Shown: positions 37,098-45,688 of the stretch, in pieces
How positions within the stretch are numbered: the first letter of the stretch is position 1
How the letters are laid out: every line of letters starts with the position of its first letter
Assembly: GCA_012517325.1 (NCBI GenBank)
Contig: JAAYVF010000085.1
Location: 75,673 to 139,672 of the forward strand
DNA: 64,000 nt
Origin: Myxococcales bacterium
GTDB lineage: Bacteria; Lernaellota; Lernaellaia; Lernaellales; Lernaellaceae
Direction of reading: 5' to 3'
Translations under genes and position numbers: made by a program
Notes under the pieces: generated by a model
What the model saw: only the letters and a program-made list of their open reading frames with translations
Databases searched by the model: none
Told to the model about the DNA's origin: nothing

Positions 37098-38569
37098 CCT
37101 AGGAAACGCCACAGGTCGTAGCGCTCCAGCAGTTCGTGGAGGCGCGCGTTGATGTCGTGGTTGTCGCAGTGATGGCACGCCTCGTCGTACAGGCGGCTGC
37201 CGTCGCGCAGGGTGACCTCGCCGGCGCCGCGCAGATTCTTGGCGGCCAGCCGGGCGCGCTGGTAGGCCGGGCCGCGCCAGAGGTCGGCGAACGGACCGTC
37301 GGCGAGCCGCGCCACCGGCTTCACGGTGCAGCAGAAGGACAGGTCGCCGTTCGATTTTGCCAGGCCCAGGGCCCAGCCGATGAAGCAGCCTTTTTCCACG
37401 AAAACATCGCCGGACCAGCGGTCGGGCCGGTTGCCGGCCTGTTGGAGCTGAAACGCGAGGCCTTCCCACAAGGATAATCCGCGGCGGCGGCAGCGTTCGG
37501 CGATCTCGGGCAATTGCGCGCGCAGCCGGGTCAGATCGTCGGCGGACAGCGCCAGGTCGCGGTTGTAATCGTCGATGCGCAGCAATTGGGCGCGAAACGC
37601 GTCGAATCCCCAATCGGCGGCGAGGTCGATCATCGCCAGAATTTCACGGACGTTGGGGCCGCAAATCACGTTGACCATCGCGGCGGTCGGTTGATTTTTC
37701 CCGCCGGCGCGCCGCCGGGCGAAGAAAGACCGCAGGTTGTCGCGCAAGGTCTGCCAATCCGCCTCGTCGACCGCGGCGTGCAGCGCGGCGTAGGTCCGCG
37801 GGGTCGCGGCACTGATCGTGCAGAACATTTCGTCGGCGCCCGAGTCGAGCACGGCCGCGGCGCGCGCCTCGTCGAGCAACAAGCCGTTGGTAAAAAAATT
37901 GACGCGCAAGCCGTGCGCCTTCGCCGTCCGGACCATGGCGTCGAAATCCGGGTGCAGCGTCGGCTCGCCGTTGGCCAGGATGGTGATGCCGTCCGTGCCC
38001 AGCCGGGCCAGATCGGCGACCGTCCGCGCGAATACTTCGAAAGGCAGTTGCTCGGCGAGGAATTTGCGGCCGGGACGGCGGCCGGGCGAGTGGATGTTGC
38101 AATAGCGGCAGCGGGCGTTGCAACGATTGACGACTTCGAAGACGAACCAGTGCGGCCCGATCAGGACCGTGTCGCAGATGACGCCCAGCAGACGCAGCAG
38201 GTCGGGCTCAGTGGCCGGGTTCGCCAGCCGGGAGACCTGCGCCAACAACGGGCGCAGCAGCGGATCGTCCACTTCGAAGCGGACGCCGTGCGGCGCGCCG
38301 AGGCGTTCCAGCAAGGCGAGATGCGTTTCGAACCGCTCGGCCAGGCTCGCGGCCGGATGCGGATCGAGCGAGGCGATGTCCGCCGTGCCGCCCCGGCGGG
38401 CGAGCGCCAGCGAGGTGATCGCCCCGGCGGCGAAGACGTTGCCCCGGCGCAACGCGACGCGCACCGCCTCCGCCGTGGCCAGTTCGGCGTCGGCCGCCGC
38501 GAACGAACCGGCGCGGCCGGCCAGACGGTCGTGCAGTTCGGGTTCGTGGCCGAGCAGCGTCACGGCCAT
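37094..38569 (-). CDS. Radical SAM / SPASM-domain enzyme, paralog 1, with about 170-aa N-terminal extension
   Basis: CNARCRYC (Cx3Cx2C) radical-SAM cluster. GEPTLHP glycine-rich SAM motif. C-terminal Cys-rich SPASM-like region (FCCTVKP...CHHCDNH). Start trimmed to MAVTLL at 38569 to avoid a 200-nt overlap. Confidence 0.75.
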   Translation of the reverse strand: MAVTLLGHEPELHDRLAGRAGSFAAADAELATAEAVRVALRRGNVFAAGAITSLALARRGGTADIASLDPHPAASLAERFETHLALLERLGAPHGVRFEVDDPLLRPLLAQVSRLANPATEPDLLRLLGVICDTVLIGPHWFVFEVVNRCNARCRYCNIHSPGRRPGRKFLAEQLPFEVFARTVADLARLGTDGITILANGEPTLHPDFDAMVRTAKAHGLRVNFFTNGLLLDEARAAAVLDSGADEMFCTISAATPRTYAALHAAVDEADWQTLRDNLRSFFARRRAGGKNQPTAAMVNVICGPNVREILAMIDLAADWGFDAFRAQLLRIDDYNRDLALSADDLTRLRAQLPEIAERCRRRGLSLWEGLAFQLQQAGNRPDRWSGDVFVEKGCFIGWALGLAKSNGDLSFCCTVKPVARLADGPFADLWRGPAYQRARLAAKNLRGAGEVTLRDGSRLYDEACHHCDNHDINARLHELLERYDLWRFLG

Positions 38570-40122
38570 GCCGGCGGCTCCCGGCGTAAAAACGGCCGCA
38601 AACCGTAGCGGTCCAGATCGGCCAGCGCCTGGTTGATGAACTCGTAATTGCCGCAGGAGTCGCAATCCGGCCCCAGCAACGGCCCGCCGCAGCTTTCGTC
38701 GGTCAGGTCGGGATTGACCGCCGCTGAAAACGCCTTGGCGGCCTGGCGTAATTTGCGGTAGCGCTCCGCGAACCACAGGTCGCGGAACCGGCCGCGCCGC
38801 AGCGAGCCGACGATCTTGTCGTGGCAGCAGAAACTGATCCGGCCGTCGGTGAAACTACGGCTGAAAAACCAGCCGGCCAGGCAGCCGCTGTTTTGATAGA
38901 GGTCGCGGCTCCACAAATCCGGCGTCGCGCCGTCGGGCCGCCCGATCACCTCGCCGATCCGGGCCAACTGAAAGTCGATGTTGGCGACGACAGCGATGCC
39001 GTGCCGTTCGGCGACGAGCCGCGCCCGCTCGATCTGGCGCCGCGCCTCCGCGTATTGCTCGGGGGTGATCAACAAATCGCGCATGCTATCACCGCACAGG
39101 TGCATCACCTGGTAGCGAACCGCGTCGACGCCGATCTCCGCCGCCAGGTCCATCGCGGCCTCGCACTCGTGCGCGTTCAGGCGGTTGATCACGTGCGCCA
39201 TGATGAGGTAGGGCTTGTGGCGCCGCGCCCGCTTCTTTTTGACCAGGTCGGCGAACTGCCGGAGCATCGCGGCGTACTTTTCCGGACCGTGCGCCGGTTG
39301 CTGTCGCGCGAAGGTCGCGGCGGTGGCGGCCGAGAGCGACCAGTACAGAATGTTCAGGTCGGTTTCGACGAACAGGTCGGCGAACCGTTCATCGAGCGCC
39401 AGCCCGTTGGAAAAGACGGTCAGCGACAGATCCTTGCCGCGCACCAGCCGCACGAGCTCGGCGAAATTCGGATGCAACAGCGGTTCGCCCTCGCCGGAAA
39501 ACAAAATGTCCTCGCGTGTGCCGATCGCCGCCAGGTCGTCGACTAGTTCGGTGAAGAGGTCGAGATCGACCAGCCGGGTCGCCCAGCCCTCGGTGAAGCG
39601 CCGGCCGCGGATCGGCTTTTTGGGCTGAACCAGGAGCGGCGAGTGCAGCCCGCAGAAAATGCAATTGGTGTTGCAGCGGTTCGAGATGTCCAGGTGAAAG
39701 GTGTGCGGGCCGATAAAGCAGCCGTCCGACACCGCGCCCAGCAGGCGCAGCAGATTCGGCCGGGTGGCCGGCGTCAGGTGGGCGTCGTAACGGGCCAGCA
39801 GTTCGTTCAATTCGGGCGACGGATCGGCGACGGCGACCGGCGTGCCCGCCAGGCGCGCGCGTAACTCCTCCAGATGCCGCCGGAACGGTTCGCCCAGTCG
39901 CTGATGGTCGGCGGGTTGAAAATCGGGCAGGGCGAGGCCGACGCCGCGTAGCGACAACGGCAGGCGGGCGGTCCGCCCCAGCCGCCAGAAGTTCGCCGGG
40001 GTCGGCACGAGCCGGGCCGGCGCGCCGTCGCGCAGCGCCGCCACCGCCGCCGCGAAGGCTCCGGCGCCCGCGAACGAATCGTTCTCGGCCGGGCTGTCGG
40101 CGTAGAACAGCGCTTCAGTCAT
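38560..40122 (-). CDS. Radical SAM / SPASM-domain enzyme, paralog 2
   Basis: CNTNCIFC cluster. GEGEPLLHP. SPASM-like C-terminus (FCCHDKIV...CGGPLLGPDCDSCGNY). N-terminal region is alignable with paralog 1 (LLRLLG....IGPH.F....NRCN). Start is at 40122 (MTEALF) or 40173. Confidence 0.75.
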   Translation of the reverse strand: MTEALFYADSPAENDSFAGAGAFAAAVAALRDGAPARLVPTPANFWRLGRTARLPLSLRGVGLALPDFQPADHQRLGEPFRRHLEELRARLAGTPVAVADPSPELNELLARYDAHLTPATRPNLLRLLGAVSDGCFIGPHTFHLDISNRCNTNCIFCGLHSPLLVQPKKPIRGRRFTEGWATRLVDLDLFTELVDDLAAIGTREDILFSGEGEPLLHPNFAELVRLVRGKDLSLTVFSNGLALDERFADLFVETDLNILYWSLSAATAATFARQQPAHGPEKYAAMLRQFADLVKKKRARRHKPYLIMAHVINRLNAHECEAAMDLAAEIGVDAVRYQVMHLCGDSMRDLLITPEQYAEARRQIERARLVAERHGIAVVANIDFQLARIGEVIGRPDGATPDLWSRDLYQNSGCLAGWFFSRSFTDGRISFCCHDKIVGSLRRGRFRDLWFAERYRKLRQAAKAFSAAVNPDLTDESCGGPLLGPDCDSCGNYEFINQALADLDRYGLRPFLRREPPAWP

Positions 40123-40276
40123 CGGCGGCTCCGTCAACAGTCTGTTGAAAAAGGCCGTCCTGGCCTTTTTCAACCGCGCTCAACAAAAAGCGTGGTTTTT
40201 CTTTCGCTTCATTTTCGGCAACTTCGGAAGTTGCCGAAAATGGCGATCCATCCCTGGATCGCACGCCGGGTGTTTT

Positions 40277-41293
40277 TCAACACCCGTCTAAAAAGCGCTC
40301 GTGGGCGGCCGGCGTGAATACGCGGAACGCGCAGCCCGCGCATGGGAAATCGGCCGGACCTTCGCCCAGCGTCCATTGCCGCGCGGCGATCAGCGGCGGG
40401 GCGTTCCACAGCGTCAGCAGGTCGTCGGCGGGCAGCCGGCCCAACAGCACGCGCGGCAGCGGCGCGACGAACATCGCCGAACAGCAGCCTTGCACCCAGC
40501 CGTCGTGGCGCACGGCCAGCAGGCGATAGGGCTGCTCGCACGGCGCCGTACCGGATAAAGGCGGCAGAGCGAGTTCGACGTTTTTTTCGCGGGCGAGTCG
40601 CGCGGCTTGGGCGAAGACCGACGCGGCCCGGTCGGGAAAACGCAGCACGCTTTGGCCGGCCTGCCGGCGCGTGTAAATTTTTTGATGGTGGACCGCGACG
40701 AAGCCCGCGCCGTTGGCCGCGGCAAATTCGATCAGGCGCGGCAGTTCGTCCAGGTTGTCGATTTGCAGCGTCACGTTGAAGCCGGCCCTGGCGGCCGGCG
40801 CGAGGACGCGAAAGAACGTCAGGTTGTCGAGCACCTCGCGCAAGGTAACGCCGCGGCGGGCCAGCATTCCGCGGTCGTCGGCTGCGTCGACGCTCAGCAG
40901 CAACTCGCCCAACCCGACATCGGCCAGTTCGCGCGCTTTCTCGGCGGTCAAGTCGCCGCCGCCCGTGATCAGCACGGTATGACAGCCGGCGGCGGCCGCC
41001 CGCGCGACGATCGCCGCCGTGAGCGGCGCCAGCAGGGGCTCGCCGTAGCCGCCGACCAACACGCGCTCGGCGAGCGGAAAATGCTCGGCCAGGCGGTCGA
41101 GCAGGGCGGGAGTCAGGTCGCCGAGCGGGTTGGCGGCAGCGTCGTAATAGGATCGCGCGCAGGTCGCGCAACGCCGGCGGCAGCGGTTGGTCGCCTCGAT
41201 TTGCAGCTCGACCGGCAGCGCCGTCAGGCGCGTCCGTCCCTGGGCGCGTTCGGTGGCCAGCAAGTCGGCGTTGCGGCGGCGCGGCTCGCTCAT
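40277..41293 (-). CDS. Radical SAM enzyme, paralog 3 (shorter, with Cys-rich C-terminus)
   Basis: CRRRCATC cluster. GYGEPLL. C-terminal CCSAMF...CAGCAF. ATGA overlap with the upstream ABC ATPase gene. Confidence 0.7.
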   Translation of the reverse strand: MSEPRRRNADLLATERAQGRTRLTALPVELQIEATNRCRRRCATCARSYYDAAANPLGDLTPALLDRLAEHFPLAERVLVGGYGEPLLAPLTAAIVARAAAAGCHTVLITGGGDLTAEKARELADVGLGELLLSVDAADDRGMLARRGVTLREVLDNLTFFRVLAPAARAGFNVTLQIDNLDELPRLIEFAAANGAGFVAVHHQKIYTRRQAGQSVLRFPDRAASVFAQAARLAREKNVELALPPLSGTAPCEQPYRLLAVRHDGWVQGCCSAMFVAPLPRVLLGRLPADDLLTLWNAPPLIAARQWTLGEGPADFPCAGCAFRVFTPAAHERFLDGC

Positions 41294-42531
41294 GACTCGT
41301 CCAGCTTGTCCAGTTCCCAACGATTGACAAGCCGCACAATGCCGCCGCCGTCCAACCGGGAGCTTTCCATTTTGATCACATGTAGGAACTGGCGGATGTC
41401 GTAAGGCGTTTTGACCAGGAAGCTCTGGTATTCGTCGGGCCAGATGCCGATGTTGGCGTAGTATTCGCCCTTGAGCAGGTTCATCTCTGGAAACGTGCAG
41501 CGCGCCTCGTAGCGGCCGAGCATCCGGCCGTAATTCAGATCATGCCGGTAGGTGTTGGTCCCGGCGGCCAGCAGGCCGTCGTTGCGCAGGAATTGCAGCC
41601 GCAGGCAGGGATTGTCGATTTCCTCGTCGGCCGAGAAGCGTACCCGCACGGTGAGCGGTGCGCCGCATTGGAACGTGTCGGTTTCGCGGCCGTCGCCGTC
41701 GAGAAAGGCCACGTCCAGAATGGTGACCTTGCCGAGGCGTTCGGCGCAGCCGTTCAGTTCCCGGTCGTTCACCGGCAGTGGCGCGGCATCGACCCGGCTG
41801 TAGCGTTCGTTGCACTCGCGAACGTACGCCGCGACGACGTCCTCGGTGCGGCCGAGCCGGCCGATGCGCCCTTCCTGCAAGAGCAGGATGCGATCGCAGA
41901 ACGCCGCGACTTCCGACAGGTTGTGGCTCGAAACGATGATCGTTTTTTCGGTGTCTTTGAAGACGCGGATGGCGGAAATGCATTTGCGCTGGAACAGGTA
42001 GTCGCCGACCGAAAGCACCTCGTCGACCAGGAGCACGTCGAACGGCACGTGGATCGCCACGGAAAAGCCCAGGCGCACGGTCATGCCGGTGCTGTAGGTC
42101 TTGATCGGGTGGTCGATGCGGTCGCCGAGCCCCGAGAATTCGTGGATCACCGGAAACAGCGCCTCGGTTTGGGCGGTGGTCAGCCCGAGGAGGGCGCACT
42201 TGGTGAAGACGTTCTGGCGGCCGGAAAATTCGGGATTGAAACCGGTGGCCGGGTCGAGGATGTAGCTGACCTCGCCGTCGATTTCGATTTCGCCCGCGGT
42301 GGGGAACGACGTGCGCGCCAGGATTTTCAGCAGGGTGGACTTGCCGCTGCCGTTGTCGCCGATGACTCCCAGGCACTCACCTTTTTCGACGGTGAAATTG
42401 ACGTCGTCGAGCGCCCGCTTGATCTCGTGGTAGCGGCGGTTGTTGAGCGTCAGCAGCTCCTTGAATTTCTGCCCGCGCCGACTGTAGATCTGATAATCCT
42501 TGGTCAGGTTGCGGACTTCGACCGCCTTCAT
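41290..42531 (-). CDS. Wzt/TagH/KpsT-type polysaccharide-export ABC transporter ATP-binding protein with C-terminal beta-sandwich (Wzt_C-like) extension
   Basis: Walker A GDNGSGKST, signature YSTGMTVRLGF, Walker B VLLVDE, H-loop SSHN, about 170-aa C-terminal extension. N-terminal part of ORF 41290..43626 is wrong-frame readthrough and was trimmed to MKAVEV. Confidence 0.8.
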   Translation of the reverse strand: MKAVEVRNLTKDYQIYSRRGQKFKELLTLNNRRYHEIKRALDDVNFTVEKGECLGVIGDNGSGKSTLLKILARTSFPTAGEIEIDGEVSYILDPATGFNPEFSGRQNVFTKCALLGLTTAQTEALFPVIHEFSGLGDRIDHPIKTYSTGMTVRLGFSVAIHVPFDVLLVDEVLSVGDYLFQRKCISAIRVFKDTEKTIIVSSHNLSEVAAFCDRILLLQEGRIGRLGRTEDVVAAYVRECNERYSRVDAAPLPVNDRELNGCAERLGKVTILDVAFLDGDGRETDTFQCGAPLTVRVRFSADEEIDNPCLRLQFLRNDGLLAAGTNTYRHDLNYGRMLGRYEARCTFPEMNLLKGEYYANIGIWPDEYQSFLVKTPYDIRQFLHVIKMESSRLDGGGIVRLVNRWELDKLDES

Positions 42532-43748
42532 GCGCGCTCCAGCAATGCGTTCCAGACGCCGGCCGCCAAGGCGCGGCGCCGGTACTGGTCGTTGAGGATG
42601 TAATTGTAGCAGTAATCGCATTCCTCGTCGCGCAGCCGATTGCCGGCCGGCAGGAGCAGGTTGCCGCCGCGGGGAAAGTCCAGAGCGGCTCGACGGGCCG
42701 CGGCCGATTCCGGGCCGTACCAATAATCGGCCAGCGACTGCCGGCGGGCGTCGCCGAGGAATTTCAGCCCGCAGCAAAAACTGATCGCGCCGTCGCGGCG
42801 GATGCGCAGCATTTCGAGTCCGGCGAAACACGGCCAGCGGTCGTAGAGGCCGCGGGTGTACAGTCCGCTTTCCGGCTCCACGTGGTCGAGCTGGAATTCG
42901 ATGTTGTCGTGGATCGCCACGCCCGCCAGGGTGGCCAGCCGGCGCGCTTCGCGGATTTCCAGCCGGATCGATTCGATTTCCGGGGCGTCCAGGCGCAGCG
43001 GCCGCGCGGCCTCGTTGATTTCGGTGAGCTTGTACTGCACCTCGTCCGCGCCCAGCTCGATGGCGCGGCGGATCATCGGCAACACCTCGCGGACGTTGCG
43101 CTTGTTGAGTACGTGGATGATCCCGACCCGCGGGCCGCCCGGGCGGCGGGCCAGGGCGGCGATCGACGCCTCGATCGGCGCGAACAACTCCGGCGCCATT
43201 TCCGGCCGGAACGCGGCCCAGGTTTCGGCCGTGGCGGCGCTGAGCGAAAAATTGATCTGCGCGTCGGCGGCATCGGCGAACAGATCGACGACCTCCGCGG
43301 TCCAACCCAGGCCGTTGGTCGCCATTTCGAACCGCAACGGCGCCGCCTTGAGCGCCACGACCAGGTCGACGAAGCGGGTGTGGCACAGGTTTTCGCCGGC
43401 GCCGACGACGGTGAGCTGTTCGGCGCCGAGCGCGGCTGTTTCGTCGATCAGCCGCCGCGCCAGGTCGAAGGGCATTTCCTCGTCGCGCCACGCCTCGCGC
43501 CCCTGAATGTAGGGCGAATGGTCGCGGCAATAGACGCAGTTGAGGTTGCAGCGACCGACCACGTCGAGAATGACCAGACGCGGCCCGACTAAGGCCCGGC
43601 CCGCGAGCGCGCCCAGCAGGCGCCAATCGGCCCGGCGGTCGGCTTCCGGCCGGTTTTCGTCGGCCGCTTCCCGCAACAGGCGCCGCACCGCCGGGTCGGC
43701 GGGCAGGAGACCGGCGATTTCGTCGGGATTCGGCAACGGGCGGTTCAT
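42528..43748 (-). CDS. Radical SAM / SPASM-domain enzyme, paralog 4
   Basis: CNLNCVYC cluster. GAGENLCH. SPASM-like C-terminus (FCCGLKF...CDYCYNY). ATGA overlap with the downstream ABC ATPase. Confidence 0.75.
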   Translation of the reverse strand: MNRPLPNPDEIAGLLPADPAVRRLLREAADENRPEADRRADWRLLGALAGRALVGPRLVILDVVGRCNLNCVYCRDHSPYIQGREAWRDEEMPFDLARRLIDETAALGAEQLTVVGAGENLCHTRFVDLVVALKAAPLRFEMATNGLGWTAEVVDLFADAADAQINFSLSAATAETWAAFRPEMAPELFAPIEASIAALARRPGGPRVGIIHVLNKRNVREVLPMIRRAIELGADEVQYKLTEINEAARPLRLDAPEIESIRLEIREARRLATLAGVAIHDNIEFQLDHVEPESGLYTRGLYDRWPCFAGLEMLRIRRDGAISFCCGLKFLGDARRQSLADYWYGPESAAARRAALDFPRGGNLLLPAGNRLRDEECDYCYNYILNDQYRRRALAAGVWNALLERA

Positions 43749-43850
43749 CGGGCCATTATAAAGCAGTTGGCAACGATTCCGAATCGGTATTTTCCAGCGG
43801 CATCCGGTCGCAACATGAAAATGAAGCCTGCCCGCGGCCGGGGAACGGCG

Positions 43851-44906
43851 TTAAAGCCCGTTCTTCTTGGCCCGCAGCAATAGAATCAGGAAGAACGGGC
43901 CGCCGATCGTGGCGGTCAGAACGCCGACGGGAATCTCGGCGGGGCCCAGGAACGTGCGGGCGAGGGCGTCGCAGAGGATGAGAAACCCGGCGCCGGCCAG
44001 CGCGGCGGCGGGCAACAGGATCCGGTGGTCCGGCCCGACGAGCAGGCGCACCGCGTGCGGCACGAGCAGGCCGACGAAACCGATCGGCCCGGCCAGCGCG
44101 ACCATCAGGCCGGTGAGCAGCGACGCGGACCCGTAGGCGAGGCGCTGCACGTTTCGCACGTTCACGCCGCGGGCGGCGGCGATTTCCGGCCCGAGGCTGA
44201 GTTGGTTGAGCGCGCCGGCCAGGGCCAGCAGCACCGCCAACGCGGCGGCGTATCCCAGGCCGATGAAAACGAGGCCGGCGCGCGCGGCGGTCGTGCCCTG
44301 CCAGAAATTCGCGCTCACCATGACGTCCAGCGCGCCCATCATCCAGCGCAACATTTGAAAGGTCTCGGTGTAGTCGGCCAGGTAAAAGACCAGCAGGATT
44401 TCCGCCGCGAAGAAGTAGCTGATCGTCACTCCCGCCAACACCAGCAGGGTCGCGGAAAGCACGCCGCGCGTCCGCGCCAGCCGGTAGACCAGCCAGACCG
44501 TGGCCGCGCTGCCGGCGAGGGAAGCCAGGACGATCGGCGAGACGCCCAGGGCCGTCGCGCCCAGCCCGAATTTGATCGCCAGCACCGCGCCGAAAGCGCC
44601 GCCCGAGGAGATGCCCAGCGTGAACGGCTCGGCCAGCGGATTGCGCAACAGCGCCTGGAAGGTCGTGCCCGCCGCGGCCAGCGCCGCGCCGACCAGCGCG
44701 GCGAGCAGCACGCGCGGCAAGCGCGTCAGGAAAAAGATGCTCGCGTTCAGGTTGCCGGCCAGGTCGTGCCGCTGCGCCCAGGCGTCGAGCGGATCGATCG
44801 TCACCGGCCCGATCGCCGGCCCGCCGATCAGCGCGAACAGGAAAAATGCGACAAACGGCGCCAGGCCGAGCAGCAGCCGCCGGGGAGTCAGCGCGCCTTT
44901 CAACAT
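43851..44906 (-). CDS. FecCD/BtuC-family ABC importer permease (cobalamin/iron-chelate type)
   Basis: About 9 TMs, conserved LNxxxLG / TLGISSGGAFGAVLAI region of FecCD-family permeases. Confidence 0.8.
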   Translation of the reverse strand: MLKGALTPRRLLLGLAPFVAFFLFALIGGPAIGPVTIDPLDAWAQRHDLAGNLNASIFFLTRLPRVLLAALVGAALAAAGTTFQALLRNPLAEPFTLGISSGGAFGAVLAIKFGLGATALGVSPIVLASLAGSAATVWLVYRLARTRGVLSATLLVLAGVTISYFFAAEILLVFYLADYTETFQMLRWMMGALDVMVSANFWQGTTAARAGLVFIGLGYAAALAVLLALAGALNQLSLGPEIAAARGVNVRNVQRLAYGSASLLTGLMVALAGPIGFVGLLVPHAVRLLVGPDHRILLPAAALAGAGFLILCDALARTFLGPAEIPVGVLTATIGGPFFLILLLRAKKNGL

Positions 44907-45688
44907 GACTCGTCCTCCACCGGCAGGATGTACGCTGTCCGGCCGTCGGCGCGCCGGCCGATTTCGATGCCCACCTGGTAGACATCGCGCAGCAGGGCCG
45001 GTTGCAGCACCTCAACGGGCGGGCCGTCGGCGACGATGCCGCCGCGCGCCAGCAGAATCACCCGCGGGCAATAGCGCGCCGCGAGGTTCAGATCGTGGGT
45101 GACCAGCAGGACGGTCAGGCCGTGTTCGCGGTTGCGGCGGCCGAGCGCGGCCAGCAGCGCCGTCTGGTGGCGCAAGTCCATCGACGCGGTCGGCTCGTCC
45201 AGCAGCAGGGTTTCGGGTTCCTGTGCCAGGGCGGCGGCCACGACGACGCGCTGCCGTTCGCCGCCGGACAGCTCCAACACGTTGCGCTCGGCCAGATCGG
45301 CGATTTCCATCGCCGCCAACGCGGCTTGCGCGGCGGCCTGATCGGGCTCGCGATCAAAGGGCGACCAGCCGCGGTGCGGATGGCGGGCCAGCAGGACGTA
45401 CTGCGCGACCGTGAACGGAAAATGAAAGGCCGGCGACTGCGGCGCCACGGCCAGATGCCGCGCCAGTTCGACCGGCGCCCAATCCGCCAACGGCCGTTCG
45501 TTGCAGGCGACCGTGCCGCGTCGCGGGCGCAGGTAGCCGCTCAGGATTTTCAGCAAGGTCGACTTGCCCGCGCCGTTGGGCCCCACCAGGGCCGCCATTT
45601 CGCCCGCGGCGACCGCCAGGCTGACGTCGCGCAGGATAGGCGGCGCGGCGTAGGCGAAATCGACGTGCGCGGCTTCGAGGCGCTTCAT
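44900..45688 (-). CDS. ABC importer ATP-binding protein (BtuD/FecE-like)
   Basis: Walker A GPNGAGKSTLL, signature LSGGERQR, Walker B LLLDEPT. Start trimmed to MKRLEAAHVDF. Confidence 0.85.
   Translation of the reverse strand: MKRLEAAHVDFAYAAPPILRDVSLAVAAGEMAALVGPNGAGKSTLLKILSGYLRPRRGTVACNERPLADWAPVELARHLAVAPQSPAFHFPFTVAQYVLLARHPHRGWSPFDREPDQAAAQAALAAMEIADLAERNVLELSGGERQRVVVAAALAQEPETLLLDEPTASMDLRHQTALLAALGRRNREHGLTVLLVTHDLNLAARYCPRVILLARGGIVADGPPVEVLQPALLRDVYQVGIEIGRRADGRTAYILPVEDESC

Noticed and set aside
40180-40251. 23-codon ORF (MDRHFRQLPKLPKMKRKKNHAFC) in the rSAM3-rSAM2 spacer as a possible RiPP precursor
   Set aside because: It has a single Cys, is very short, and no conservation or leader/core architecture can be assessed. 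It overlaps palindromes that more likely act at the RNA level. Mentioned only under the hairpin finding.
41290-43626. 778-aa ORF suggesting a 360-aa N-terminal extension on the Wzt-like ATPase
   Set aside because: The N-terminal 360 aa are Arg/Pro/Gly-rich and overlap rSAM paralog 4, which has clear radical-SAM motifs. The ATPase begins at MKAVEV with ATGA coupling to the rSAM4 stop.
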